Assembly: GCA_964016885.1 (NCBI GenBank)
Contig: OZ024741.1
Span: 294,004,001 to 294,068,000 of the forward strand
Length of the DNA stretch: 64,000 bases
Direction: 5' to 3'
DNA from: Eledone cirrhosa
Taxonomy: Eukaryota
Part shown: in pieces, positions 50,422 to 62,541 of the stretch
Numbering within the stretch: position 1 is the first letter of the stretch
How the letters are laid out: every line of letters begins with the position of its first letter
Notes under the pieces: generated by a model
Database searches by the model: none
The model's input: only the letters and a program-made list of their open reading frames with translations
What the model was told of the DNA's origin: nothing
Translations under genes and position numbers: made by a program

Positions 50422-53288
50422 GAGTACATGGAGGCCATGGAGTTGGCACAAGGAATGAGGAAGGATTCAGACTTCTAGAATTCTGCGACGCCAATGACAT
50501 GTCGATATGTAACACAAACTTTAAAAAACCCGACAACCACCTGATCACCTATAGATCAGGGGAGCACTCTAGTCAGTTAGATTTTATCCTCATCAGAGGA
50601 CGTGACAGATGGACGGTCGTAAACACAAAAGCCTTCCCTAGTGAGGAATGTACATCCCAACATAGCTTAGTTGTCAGCAACCTCACGGTCAGAACTAGAC
50701 GAGCCCTGAAACAGAGGCCAACCTGGAGAAGAAAGATCTGGAAGCTGAAAGTCCCCTCAACCAGTAACAGATTTAAAGATATTTTACTCAACGCCTACGA
50801 CAGTAAAGAAGAACAGATAGAGACATTTAACGTAGAAGAGAACTGGGAGTTCCTAAAAAATAACTTACTAGAGGCGACGGATGAGGTTTGTGGCTGGAGT
50901 AAGACCTCAAGCAGGAGGAGAGTGACTTGGTGGTGGAACAATAAGGTAGATGAAGCAGTCAAGGCCAAGAGACAGGCATGGAAAGAATGGAAGAACGGGG
51001 GGAGCAGGGTACATTACATAGAGACCAAGAGGGAAGCTAGGCGACAAGTATACTTAGCTAGGAGGGAAGCAGAGGTTAGAAAATTCAAGCATGTTTTACA
51101 ACGTGAGGACCAGAAACAGGAGGTATTCAAGATTGCGAGGCAGTGTGTCAGAGATAGTTGTGATGTCATTGGAGAGAAGTGTATCCGGAATGATAAAGGT
51201 GAGCTTGCCCTCACAAGTGCTGAGAAGAAAGATGCATGGAAGAGTCATTATGATAGATTACTAAATGAGGAGAATGCATGGGAAGAAGAGACCCTACCCC
51301 ACGTAGACCCTATAGAGGGACCAGCAGTACAAGTCAGCGGCAGCGTAGTAAGTAAGGCAATCAGAGATATGAAGATAGGGAAGGCAACCGGTCCATCGGG
51401 TATAGCTGCCGAGATGCTGAAGGCATCTGGGTCTGTAGGTCACACTATAACCACACGTATCGTTAACCAGGTAATACTAGAGGGGGCCATACCAAAAGAT
51501 TGGTGCAGTAGCATCATTGTCAACTGCTACAAAGGTAAAGGCGATGCACTAGATAGAGGAAACTATAGAGGTATAAAGTTGATGGACCAGGTCATGAAAG
51601 TAACAGAAAGAGTTATAGCACAGCTGATTAGGGACCGGGTGAATATAGACGAGATGCAATTTGGGTTTGTTCCAGGGAAAGGCACCACTGATGCGCTCTT
51701 CCTTGTGAGGCAATTACAGGAAAAGTACCTAGCTAAAAGTAAGCCACTCTACTTGGCATTTGTCGACCTTGAGAAAGCCTTTGACAGAGTTCCACGTGCA
51801 GTAATCTGGTGGGCTCTTAGAAAACTAGGAGTAGATGAATGGCTTGTGAAAGCGGTACAAGCCATGTATAGGGGAGCAGTCAGCAAAGTTAGAATTGGCA
51901 ATGAGTATAGCGAGGAATTTAGCGTACAGGTTGGGGTCCACCAGGGCTCTGTTCTTAGCCCTCTCCTGTTCATCATAGTCCTGCAGGCAATAACGGAGGA
52001 GTTTAAGACCGGATGCCCATGGGAACTCCTGTATGCTGATGACCTCGCACTCATAGCTGAATCTATGGTAGAACTAGAGAATAAATTCCAAACCTGGAAG
52101 CAGGGACTAGAGAGAAAGGGCCTCAAAGTCAACATGACAAAGACTAAGGTCCTTATAAGTAGACGAGAAAACAGAACCCAGATCCCCTCAGGGAAATGGC
52201 CTTGCTCAGTATGTAGGAAAGGTGTAGGTAGGAACTCCATTCTTTGCCCCAAATGCAAACAATGGGTACACAAGAGATGTAGCGGGATCTCAGGAAGCTT
52301 AATTAAGAATGTAGGATTCACATGCAGCAGCTGTGCTGAAACAGCAAGCAAACAGCCACAGGAAACAAGTACCACCAATCTCTGGGAGGGCCCTGTAGAA
52401 ACAGTAGACAGCTTCTGCTACCTAGGTGACCGAATTAGCAACGGAGGTGGGTGCTCAGAAAGTACAATAACTAGGGTAAGAACGGGATGGAAGAAGTTTA
52501 GGGAACTACTACCACTGCTAGCTGCAAAAGGCTTCTCCCTCAGAATGAAAGGCAGACTGTATGATGCGTGTATCCGAACAGCGATGTTGCATGGTAGTGA
52601 GACCTGGGCGCTGAAGGTGGAAGACTTACGTAGATTAGAGAGAAACGAAGCCTGCATGCTCCGATGGATGTGTAACAGTAATATACGTGAACGACAAAGC
52701 ATAAATGAATTGAGAGAGAGACTGAGCATAAGAGGAATCAAATGCTGCGTGCAGGAGAGGCGGTTACGCTGGTATGGACATGTGATGCGTATGAAGGATG
52801 ACAGCTGCATAAAAAGGTGCAGAGCACTAGAAGTTGATGGAAACCGCGGAGTGGGGAGACCCAAGATGACTTGGGATGAGGTGATAAAAGCCGACCTTAC
52901 CCAACTACACCTCTCAAAGTCAATGACACACGACCGTGACTTCTGGCGTCACGCAGTAATACAGGGTACCCGACCTCCCATGGGTACATGCTGAAGCATA
53001 TAAACAATATGCCCCCCCCCCCCCCCACCGCAAGGTGGTCGTGGAGGTGCCACGGCAAAAAAGCACCCAGCCCACACTGTAAAGTGGACGTGTAGGCGCC
53101 ACGAAAAAGCACCCAGCACTCACTGTAAATGAGGTTGGTGTTAGGAAGGGCATCCAGCTGTAGAAATCAAGCCAGATCAGTTCCTGTATGAGCAAGGCAT
53201 GGTCAGCCGACCAGACACTGCCCACAACAGGACAACCCGTCTAACCCATGCTAGCGTGGAAGAACGGACGTAAAACGGTGATGATGAT
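50421..53288 (+). mobile_element. Young 5'-truncated RTE-clade LINE
   Basis: Uninterrupted frame from ~50424 (VHGGHGVGTRNEEG), 3'UTR with internal repeats, (GAT)n tail, (TA)n on both flanks. Confidence 0.96.
50499..52994 (+). CDS. RTE ORF: C-terminal AP-endonuclease, reverse transcriptase, embedded PHD finger
   Basis: SQLDFIL..SQH (APE), NYRGIKL, QFGF, FVDLEKAFDRV, GVHQGSVLSPLLF, YADD, YLG, and C4HC3 at 52203-52334. The N-terminal endonuclease is missing, so the Met is not the true start. Confidence 0.93.
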   Translation: MSICNTNFKKPDNHLITYRSGEHSSQLDFILIRGRDRWTVVNTKAFPSEECTSQHSLVVSNLTVRTRRALKQRPTWRRKIWKLKVPSTSNRFKDILLNAYDSKEEQIETFNVEENWEFLKNNLLEATDEVCGWSKTSSRRRVTWWWNNKVDEAVKAKRQAWKEWKNGGSRVHYIETKREARRQVYLARREAEVRKFKHVLQREDQKQEVFKIARQCVRDSCDVIGEKCIRNDKGELALTSAEKKDAWKSHYDRLLNEENAWEEETLPHVDPIEGPAVQVSGSVVSKAIRDMKIGKATGPSGIAAEMLKASGSVGHTITTRIVNQVILEGAIPKDWCSSIIVNCYKGKGDALDRGNYRGIKLMDQVMKVTERVIAQLIRDRVNIDEMQFGFVPGKGTTDALFLVRQLQEKYLAKSKPLYLAFVDLEKAFDRVPRAVIWWALRKLGVDEWLVKAVQAMYRGAVSKVRIGNEYSEEFSVQVGVHQGSVLSPLLFIIVLQAITEEFKTGCPWELLYADDLALIAESMVELENKFQTWKQGLERKGLKVNMTKTKVLISRRENRTQIPSGKWPCSVCRKGVGRNSILCPKCKQWVHKRCSGISGSLIKNVGFTCSSCAETASKQPQETSTTNLWEGPVETVDSFCYLGDRISNGGGCSESTITRVRTGWKKFRELLPLLAAKGFSLRMKGRLYDACIRTAMLHGSETWALKVEDLRRLERNEACMLRWMCNSNIRERQSINELRERLSIRGIKCCVQERRLRWYGHVMRMKDDSCIKRCRALEVDGNRGVGRPKMTWDEVIKADLTQLHLSKSMTHDRDFWRHAVIQGTRPPMGTC

Positions 53289-53653
53289 ATATATCAGGAT
53301 TAAACAAGTATTATATTCAACAGAGTACTCTATACTTAGGATACTAGAGTGTGACTATATCAGAAAGAGTTGAGACCTGACAGCTGAGCTATTGCCATTT
53401 CAACAGCTAGTTCCAGACTGTGTGTTTGTGATTGTATGTATATTATTTGTACTTCAAAAGATAACATTTCAGCTGCAGCATAAATTTGATGTACCTCAGT
53501 AAACTGAATATAATATGCACATCCTCATTTGTATATTCTTATATACACATATGCATACATGTGTCTATTTAAAATGCAGAATGGTCTCTTGGGGCATTCT
53601 TCCTCAGCTATGATATTTTAAATATATAATATCTTTTAAATATATATACATAA

Positions 53654-53685
<32 letters not shown>

Positions 53686-53871
53686 TAATATATATATATA
53701 TAATATATATATTTAGAAACACACAGATACATGCGGACACACACATATATACATGAATGCATCCGCACCCAACTGTGAGTTAAGGGTGCCAACTTCACCG
53801 ATGTTGCTCAATGAATGACTGGGACAGACCAATTCAGTTTGAACCGGACTGAACCAGTATCAGAGTTAAAA

Positions 53872-54034
53872 ATACATTATGAAGAGAGAAGAAACATTTA
53901 GATATAATTAGTAATAAAATGTATCATACCTAAACTGTTCCTAAATTCCTCTTCTTTTAGGAATTTAGGAACAGTTTAGGTATGATACATTTTATTACTA
54001 ATTATATCTAAATGTTTCTTCTCTCTTCATAATG

Positions 54035-54037
<3 letters not shown>
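53872..54037. repeat. Perfect inverted repeat, 79-bp arms, 8-nt spacer
   Basis: Arms 53872-53950 and 53959-54037. The right arm runs into (TA)n. Confidence 0.95.
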
Positions 54038-54075
<38 letters not shown>

Positions 54076-54093
54076 TATATATATATATATTAT

Positions 54094-54135
<42 letters not shown>

Positions 54136-54138
<3 letters not shown>

Positions 54139-54214
54139 TCATCATCATCATCTTCGTTTAACGTCCATTTTCCACGCTAGCATGGGTTAGACGACTCCTG
54201 TCTAACCCATGCTA
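54136..54214 (-). mobile_element. Ultra-short RTE 3' end with 5' inversion
   Basis: (CAT)n tail, then tagcatgggttagac-gactcct-gtctaacccatgcta (15-bp arms). Confidence 0.8.
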
Positions 54215-54854
54215 TATATATATGTAGAATCCTGATATATATATAATTATAACAAAGAAAAGAGTATAATAATATTTATTCTGCCAATTTGTGAGCAGTT
54301 TTGCATTAACATGCAGCTAAATGTCAGTTAAAGAGGAGAGATACAGCCATCAACACATGAGTATATATAAATTATGTATTGATGAATATATAATATATAT
54401 ATATATTTAAGTATATTTATTCATGTACATACAAACTTGCATTTTTATATGTGTGTGTGCACTTAGATGTTATTTATCAATAAAGAATTATATATACATA
54501 TGTATATAAAAATACTCATTTCATTATGGCTGTATCTCGTAGCCTATATATATATAGTTTAATAAATGAACAGAGAACAAAAAACAGAGAGGCAGTACAA
54601 ATGATATGGTTTTAGTTTCACGCTTAAGAGTGGGGGGTATATATATATATCTTCATCATCATCATCATATATATATATATATATATATAGATATTATATA
54701 TATTCATATTAGTAAACTTACATGTGCATCTTTGTATAAATCCACACAGACATATATATATATATACACACACACACAGACACATGCACACCCACTTATA
54801 TATAACTCAAACCAGTATGTAAATCAGTCATAATATGATGTTGATGAATATGCG

Positions 54855-55400
54855 TGTGTGTGTTTGTGTGTATGTGTATGTATATGTATTTGTGTGTTGT
54901 GTGTGTGTTTGTGTGTATGTGTATGTATATGTATTTGTGTGTTGTGTGTGTGTTTGTGCGTATGTGTATGTATATGTATTTGTGTGTTGTGTGTGTGTTT
55001 GTGCGTATGTGTATGTATATGTATTTGTGTGTTGTGTGTGTGTTTGTGCGTATGTGTATGTATATGTATTTGTGTGTTGTGTGTGTGTTTGTGCGTACGT
55101 GTATGTATATGGATTTGTGTGTTGTGTGTGTGTTTGTGCGTATGTGTATGTATATGTATTTGTGTGTTGTGTGTGTGTTTGTGCGTATGTGTATGTATAT
55201 GTATTTGTGTGTTGTGTGTGTGTTTGTGCGTATGTGTATGTATATGTATTTGTGTGTTGTGTGTGTGTTTGTGCGTATGTGTATGTATATGTATTTGTGT
55301 GTTGTGTGTGTGTTTGTGCGTATGTGTATGTATATGTATTTGTGTGTTTGTGCGTATGTGTATGTATATGTATTTGTGTGTTGTGTGTGTGTTTGTTGTG
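54855..55400. repeat. 45-bp minisatellite
   Basis: Unit gtgtgtgtttgtgcgtatgtgtatgtatatgtatttgtgtgttgt. Confidence 0.95.
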
Positions 55401-56055
55401 TGCGTATGTGTGTGTTGTGTGTTTATGTGGTGTGTACTCACACATATATATATATTTATTCCTTGATTTGTTAATAATTGATTTACCTGAAATATTTCTT
55501 ATCCTCAAGAGAATTGTCAGTGATACATATATGAGAGAAAATCAAGGAAATGTTTTTCATTTCTTTCCTCTCGTGGGAACATTATATACATTCATGAGTT
55601 TCAGGTATTCATAAAATAAACTCTAAAAAAAAAACTCATTCACTAAAACAAACCCACATGTGCACATGTTTATATCTGTGTGTATATGTGCATATATACA
55701 TTTATATATGTATGGATATGTACATATATACATATATGTCTATATGTATGTATATGTATATACATACATACATACATGTCTATATGTGTGTATATGTACA
55801 TACATACACTGATGGACAAATGAATATTTTAATATGTTGTTCGATGTGGTAGCGTTTATTTAGCATATATGATGCTATAAATGTGTTTGCATTCCTCTTT
55901 TCTTTCTTTCTTTCTCTCTCTATATATGTATGTGTGTGTCTGTGTGTATAAAAATATACATTTCTTTATGGTTGTACCGTGTAGTCTATATACATATATA
56001 TATATATATATATATAAAAATACAAAGTTGTATGGAAATATTCAGAAATGAATAC

Positions 56056-56402
56056 GGTACATGGCTTAGTGGTTAGAGCATTGGCCTTGCAATCGAAAGG
56101 TTGTGAGTTCAATTCTCAGACCGGGTGATGTGTTGTTTCCTTGAGCAAGACACTTTATTTCACATTGTTCCAGTTTACTCAGCTGTAGAAATGAGATGAT
56201 AGGAACTGGGGTCCCTATCATACCACTGCAAAGTGGTCATGGAGGTGCCATGGCAAAAAAGCACCCAGCCCACACTGTAAAGTGGACGTGTAGGTGCCAC
56301 GGCAAAAAAGCACCCAGCACTCACTGTAAATGAGGTTGGTGTTAGGAAGGGCATCCAGCTGTAGAAATCAAGCCAGAATCAGTTCCCGTCCCACCCTTGC
56401 AA
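56056..56402 (+). mobile_element. SINE family B with RTE tail, cut by the gap
   Basis: Near-identical to 58320-58666. Confidence 0.9.
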
Positions 56403-56602
56403 NNNNNNNNNNNNNNNNNNNNNNNNNNNNNNNNNNNNNNNNNNNNNNNNNNNNNNNNNNNNNNNNNNNNNNNNNNNNNNNNNNNNNNNNNNNNNNNNNN
56501 NNNNNNNNNNNNNNNNNNNNNNNNNNNNNNNNNNNNNNNNNNNNNNNNNNNNNNNNNNNNNNNNNNNNNNNNNNNNNNNNNNNNNNNNNNNNNNNNNNNN
56601 NN
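56403..56602. other. Assembly gap (200 N)
   Basis: Read directly. Confidence 1.
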
Positions 56603-57660
56603 TGTGTGTTTGTGTGTATGTGTATGTATATGTATTTGTGTGTTGTGTGTGTGTTTGTGCGTATGTGTATGTATATGTATTTGTGTGTTGTGTGTGTGTT
56701 TGTGCGTATGTGTATGTATATGTATTTGTGTGTTGTGTGTGTGTTTGTGCGTATGTGTATGTATATGTATTTGTGTGTTGTGTGTGTGTTTGTGCGTATG
56801 TGTATGTATATGTATTTGTGTGTTGTGTGTGTGTTTGTGTGTATGTGTATGTATATGTATTTGTGTGTTTGTGCGTATGTATATGTATATGTATTTGTGT
56901 GTTGTGTGTGTGTTTGTGCGTATGTGTATGTATATGTATTTGTGTGTTGTGTGTGTGTTTGTGCGTATGTGTATGTATATGTGTTTGTGTGTATGTGTAT
57001 GTATATGTATTTGTGTGTTGTGTGTGTGTTTGTGCGTATGTGTATGTATATGTATTTGTGTGTTGTGTGTGTGTTTGTGCGTATGTGTATGTATATGTAT
57101 TTGTGTGTGTGTTTGTGCGTATGTGTATGTATATGTATTTGTGTGTTGTGTGTGTGTTTGTGCGTATGTGTATGTATATGTATTTGTGTGTTGTGTGTGT
57201 GTTTGTGCGTACGTGTATGTATATGGATTTGTGTGTTGTGTGTGTGTTTGTGCGTATGTGTATGTATATGTATTTGTGTGTTGTGTGTGTATTTGTGCGT
57301 ATGTGTATGTATATGTATTTGTGTGTTGTGTGTGTGTTTGTGCGTATGTGTATGTATATGTATTTGTGTGTTGTGTGTGTGTTGTGTGTGTGTTTGTGCG
57401 TATGTGTATGTATATGTATTTGTGTGTTTGTGTGTTTGTGCGTATGTGTATGTATATGTATTTGTGTGTTGTGTGTGTGTTTGTGCGTATGTGTATGTAT
57501 ATGTATTTGTGTGTTGTGTGTGTGTTTGTGCGTATGTGTATGTATATGTATTTGTGTGTTGTGTGTGTGTTTGTGCGTATGTGTATGTATATGTATTTGT
57601 GTGTTTGTGCGTATGTGTATGTATATGTATTTGTGTGTTGTGTTGTGTGTGTGTTTGTTG
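56603..57660. repeat. 45-bp minisatellite, second and longer array
   Basis: Same unit, including the variant gtgcgtacgt...ggattt. Confidence 0.95.
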
Positions 57661-58248
57661 TGTGCGTATGTGTGTGTTGTGTGTTTATGTGGTGTGTACT
57701 CACACATATATATATATTTATTCCTTGATTTGTTAATAATTGATTTACCTGAAATATTTCTTATCCTCAAGAGAATTGTCAGTGATACATATATGAGAGA
57801 AAATCAAGGAAATGTTTTTCATTTCTTTCCTCTCGTGGGAACATTATATACATTCATGAGTTTCAGGTATTCATAAAATAAACTCTAAAAAAAAAACTCA
57901 TTCACTAAAACAAACCCACATGTGCACATGTTTATATCTGTGTGTATATGTGCATATATACATTTATATATGTATGGATATGTACATATATACATATATG
58001 TCTATATGTATGTATATGTATATACATACATACATACATGTCTATATGTGTGTATATGTACATACATACACTGATGGACAAATGAATATTTTAATATGTT
58101 GTTCGATGTGGTAGCGTTTATTTAGCATATATGATGCTATAAATGTGTTTGCATTCCTCTTTTCTTTCTTTCTTTCTCTCTCTATATATGTATGTGTGTG
58201 TCTGTGTGTATAAAAATATACATTTCTTTATGGTTGTACCGTGTAGTC

Positions 58249-58286
<38 letters not shown>

Positions 58287-58319
58287 CAAAGTTGTATGTA
58301 AATATTCAGAAATGAATAC

Positions 58320-58716
58320 GGTACATGGCTTAGTGGTTAGAGCATTGGCCTTGCAATCGAAAGGTTGTGAGTTCAATTCTCAGACCGGGTGATGTGTTGT
58401 TTCCTTGAGCAAGACACTTTATTTCACATTGTTCCAGTTTACTCAGCTGTAGAAATGAGATGATAGGAACTGGGGTCCCTATCATACCACTGAAAAGTGG
58501 TCATGGAGGTGCCATGGCAAAAAAGCACCCAGCCCACACTGTAAAGTGGACGTGTAGGTGCCACGGCAAAAAAGCACCCAGCACTCACTGTAAATGAGGT
58601 TGGTGTTAGGAAGGGCATCCAGCTGTAGAAATCAAGCCAGAATCAGTTCCCGTCCCACCCTTGCAAGCAGGGAAAAGCGGACGTAAAATGATGATGATGA
58701 TGATGATGATGATGAT
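58320..58716 (+). mobile_element. Full-length tRNA-derived SINE family B with RTE-derived 3' end
   Basis: A-box tggcttagtgg, B-box gagttcaattc, core ccttgagcaagacactt. The 3' ~200 bp matches the RTE 3'UTR 53035-53288 and ends in a (GAT)n tail. Confidence 0.92.
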
Positions 58717-59003
58717 ATAGTCTTATATATTCCTATTAGTAAACTTACATGTGTATATATGTATAAATCCACACAGACATACATATATACACACAAGCTC
58801 ATACATATACACTCTCTTATATATAACACATGCCAGTATGTAAATCAGTCATAAAATGATAATGGTGAATGTGTGTGTGTTTTGAGAATCTCTCTCTCTC
58901 TATATATATATATAGATAGATAACTTTCTTTTATAGATAGATAGATATACATTCATACACATATATTCACACACACACACACATACGCACACACATACCT
59001 ACA

Positions 59004-59067
<64 letters not shown>

Positions 59068-60149
59068 CACATATGTTTGTATATACGTATGCATGGTACG
59101 TCTCCACCCCATCCAAACACGAAATGCAGACATAAAGTGATTATGTTATTTTAAGTTTCATGAGATATTTTCAACCAGAAATTATGACAGTGAATATGGG
59201 AAACCTGAACAGACCAATGTAATAATTTAATACAACAATTTCTAATTAAAATATGAGGAACCTAGCACTTTCATGATTCAGCCCAAAATAATAGCAATGT
59301 TCCTGCTATTGTTGTTGTTGTTCTTGTTATTTAGCTTTAGGTTAGCTTTTATTTAGCAGACTTATGAACAAATGTATGCCAATTGTGAGTGACACAGGAT
59401 TTTGTGTATCTCAGAATATACTATCCAATGTGTTTTTCCCTTTATGTCTTTTCACGTTTTAACCATTTGCAATGATTTAGCAAAAAATATCTAAATACAG
59501 TTATTTTAATTCGAATGATTATAGTATCACTTCTTGTGGGCAGATAGTTGTGAAAATTTGCAGTATTCATGTAATGACTTTAAAATTTAATATGATGTCG
59601 TTATGGTTCCACTTTATATTTTTATTCAGCTGTAGTAATATTATGGAAACTGACTATTGAGTCATTCATTTAGCTGAGTTTTACAAAGTAATCATCATCA
59701 TTGTTTAACGTCCATCTTCCACGCTTGCATGGGTTTGGAATAAAAATATTTTCAGTAAATGCTTTCATTACCATATTTCTAATCACTATTTCTAGCATGT
59801 GGAATGATCACATAGCTGATTTTATTTGACTGTAGGAAATCCTTTCAATACCATATTTCCAATGAAAGTCACAGATTATGATTTTGAAATAGTTTTGAAA
59901 ATAAAGAATTTGTATAGATTTAATAAAATAACTAACTTTCTCAAGCCGAAGCTGCTCTTTTGAATATAACTTAACATAGCTTCTTACATAAAATTATAAT
60001 AAAAGGTTTTAATAAATATCCCCATCAACATGTTCCCATGACTGATGCAGCCAGTCATTGTGGTGCCACTTTAGATGTATCACTGATTCAGCCAGTTGTT
60101 AGGTGTCCACTCTAGATTTAGCATTGGTGCAGCCAGACGTCAGACTGCC

Positions 60150-60390
60150 CCTCTAGAAACTCTTACAGTCAGTTGTCACCATTGGTCTCTATTCTCCGTT
60201 ATGCGTAGAAGAGCATTGGTATTGTGATCAGTCCAATTTTTTATGTTGTCAAACCAGGATTTTTCTTGTCTGCCTCTTTTTCACCCACCCTCTACTGAGC
60301 CCCGAAGGACGGTTTTGGACAAGGAGTTTTGGTGGGATATCTGACCATACTAGGCAAGCTTTTAACGATTGCAAGGGGTGGTTCCTGTTA
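60150..60390 (-). pseudogene. Old RTE/BovB-like remnant
   Basis: Minus strand YGQISHQNSLSKTVLRGSVEGG*KRGRQ..SWFDNIKNWT. Confidence 0.7.
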
Positions 60391-60438
60391 ACTTGCTGCT
60401 TATCAAATAAATGTAAGCACTTTTAAAACAGCCTTGTA

Positions 60439-61267
60439 CAGTCGAGTCCGCTTAAGAGTATACCCTCAGGAATGGAAAATAGTATACTCTTAACCGGACT
60501 ATACTCTTATACAGACTAAGTATTATTATTTTGAGTCTTTCAATGATTAAAAATCGCTTGCTTTATTATCGTTTAAAATGCATTTATAAGTAAAAAAAAA
60601 TGAAAGTTACACCAAAAAATTCAACAAGAATTATTGCAAATTATAGATAAATTAAGCAATATTTCAACATATTGGTATGCAATTTTTATTTCCTAAAAAT
60701 AGTCCAAAATGCTTTTTTTCACTCGATTGCTCGCAATTTTTATTTCAATCAATTCCTCGATCTCAGACAGAGTATAATTTTCAAACTTTTCAAACAATTG
60801 CAGCATATAGGACCGTACAGTCAACAAAGTATTCCGTCTTTTCCAGAGATCTAAAATATTGATAAATGATTAAAGTTATGTTAGATACCTATGCACATTG
60901 ATATTATAAATATAAAAATAATACATACTAACCTTTCTAGTTAATTCGGTTTCAATATAATCTACTTCTTCCTCCTCTTCTATTATCATTTGAATTGTTT
61001 TAAAATGGTTATGTTACATTATAAGCCCAATTTACTTTACCGTATTCATTATACTCTTATTCAGACTAAATTATATAGAAAATATATAAACGGGAATTGA
61101 TTATGCTATACGCTTATGCGAACTTGCGAACTATACTCTTATCCGATATACTCTTAAGCGGACCCATGCACTGTATAGAACATAGTACATAAATTGGGGA
61201 ATTGATTATGCTATACTCTTAAGCGGCCTATACTCTTATCCGATATACTCTTAAGCGGACTCAACTG
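60439..61267. mobile_element. Tc1/mariner-pogo (Tigger-like) MITE with TA TSD and duplicated right end
   Basis: TA|CAGTCGAGTCCGCTTAAGAGTATA ... TATACTCTTAAGCGGACTCAACTG|TA, with subterminal tatactctta repeats. Confidence 0.88.
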
Positions 61268-61720
61268 TATCAGGGTACCATGTGTGGTTGCATGCTGATT
61301 GGCTGCAAAAGAGATAATCTTATATCAAGCCAATAATATACATAGGTTTTACAAACCAGTATTAAAACATTGAGCGTAAACATATATTATATAGATAAAT
61401 ATTCCTAAAACTCATTAAAAAAAAAATCTAAAATATATAAATTCTCCAACTTTCTTGTCACTGATGCTTTCATTCTTTTTTTATTCATTTATTTATTGTA
61501 TGTTTGTTTTGGGAGATAGGGGTTTATTAATCTAAATTCTTGAAGCAAAAAGCTGTTTTGGTGGTAACTTAAGTGCTATTTCTAGTAGATGAAGCAATCA
61601 CATAGTCTTCCTTTTTCACATGTAGCTGTAACATTCTGCTGAAGTTAATCTTATGGAAATTAACTGTCGAACCAATCTTTTAAGTTTTACAAACTAATAT
61701 TAATATAGTTTGTAAAACTA

Positions 61721-62335
61721 AGCTGTATACAGCTATGGTACGACCACACTTGGAATTCGCATCATCAGTCTGGAACCCCTATCTTGCTCAGAACATTGAC
61801 CTCCTGGAAACTGTTCAGAGACGTGCAACCAAGCGCATACCCTCCATCAGACACCTACCATACTCTGAACGCTTTGCTTCCTTGGGCATGGATTCATTGA
61901 AACTCCGACGTCTGGCAACGGACTTGGTAAACACCCACAAAGTTATTAATCATCTCGCCAACAACAACCCTGAGCACCTTTTTGATCTCCATGTGTCTAA
62001 CACACGTGGACATGCCTACAAAATCAGAAAACAGCACAGCTCCCATGACTTTCGGAAACATTTTTTCACGCTTAGAATTGCTGAAGCATGGAACAAACTG
62101 CCTGCATCAGTTGTTAGCTGCCGAGACACTGCATCCTTTAAAACAGTCATGCTTCCTGAAATTCGTCAAAACTACACCTGATGTCCCCTTCCATACACAT
62201 GCACACATGTGTATATCATGACTCATGCACTGTTCATTTTCCTGACGTTTGTACATTACCCTATGTACTATACATACACTTTTGATGAGTTCTAGTGCAC
62301 CTGAGCACTGTACACAATATTTTAATTATTATTAT
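61721..62335 (+). mobile_element. CR1-type LINE, 5'-truncated, relatively young
   Basis: ORF 61735-62181 VRPHLEFASSVWNPY...VQRRATK...TRGH..K...FFTLR...WNKLP, then 3'UTR and ATT tail. Confidence 0.93.
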
Positions 62336-62360
62336 ACATTATTCTCATTATTATTATATA

Positions 62361-62541
62361 AGGTGGATTGGAAGTATCGGTAGAGGGTCGGACGCCATGC
62401 TTTGATGCAAAGAGTTACGGCTATTCTGAGTTCAAATCCTGCCGAGGTTAACTTTGCCTTTCATCCTTACGGGGTCGATAAAATAAAGTACCAGTAATAC
62501 ACTGGGTAATTGCTGGCCTTGTGCCAAAAGTAGAAACAATT
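62361..62541 (+). mobile_element. SINE family A
   Basis: Matches 24910-25097. Confidence 0.9.

Noticed and set aside
50573-52864. Antisense ORFs over the RTE
   Set aside because: Shadow ORFs of the coding strand with no recognisable motifs.
54824-57876. 200-470-aa His/Thr or Cys/Val ORFs
   Set aside because: They come from a 45-bp minisatellite and N-gap read-through, open in all six frames.
58320-58395. tRNA genes at A/B-box motifs
   Set aside because: These are SINE heads continuing into core and tail, with no clean cloverleaf or terminator.
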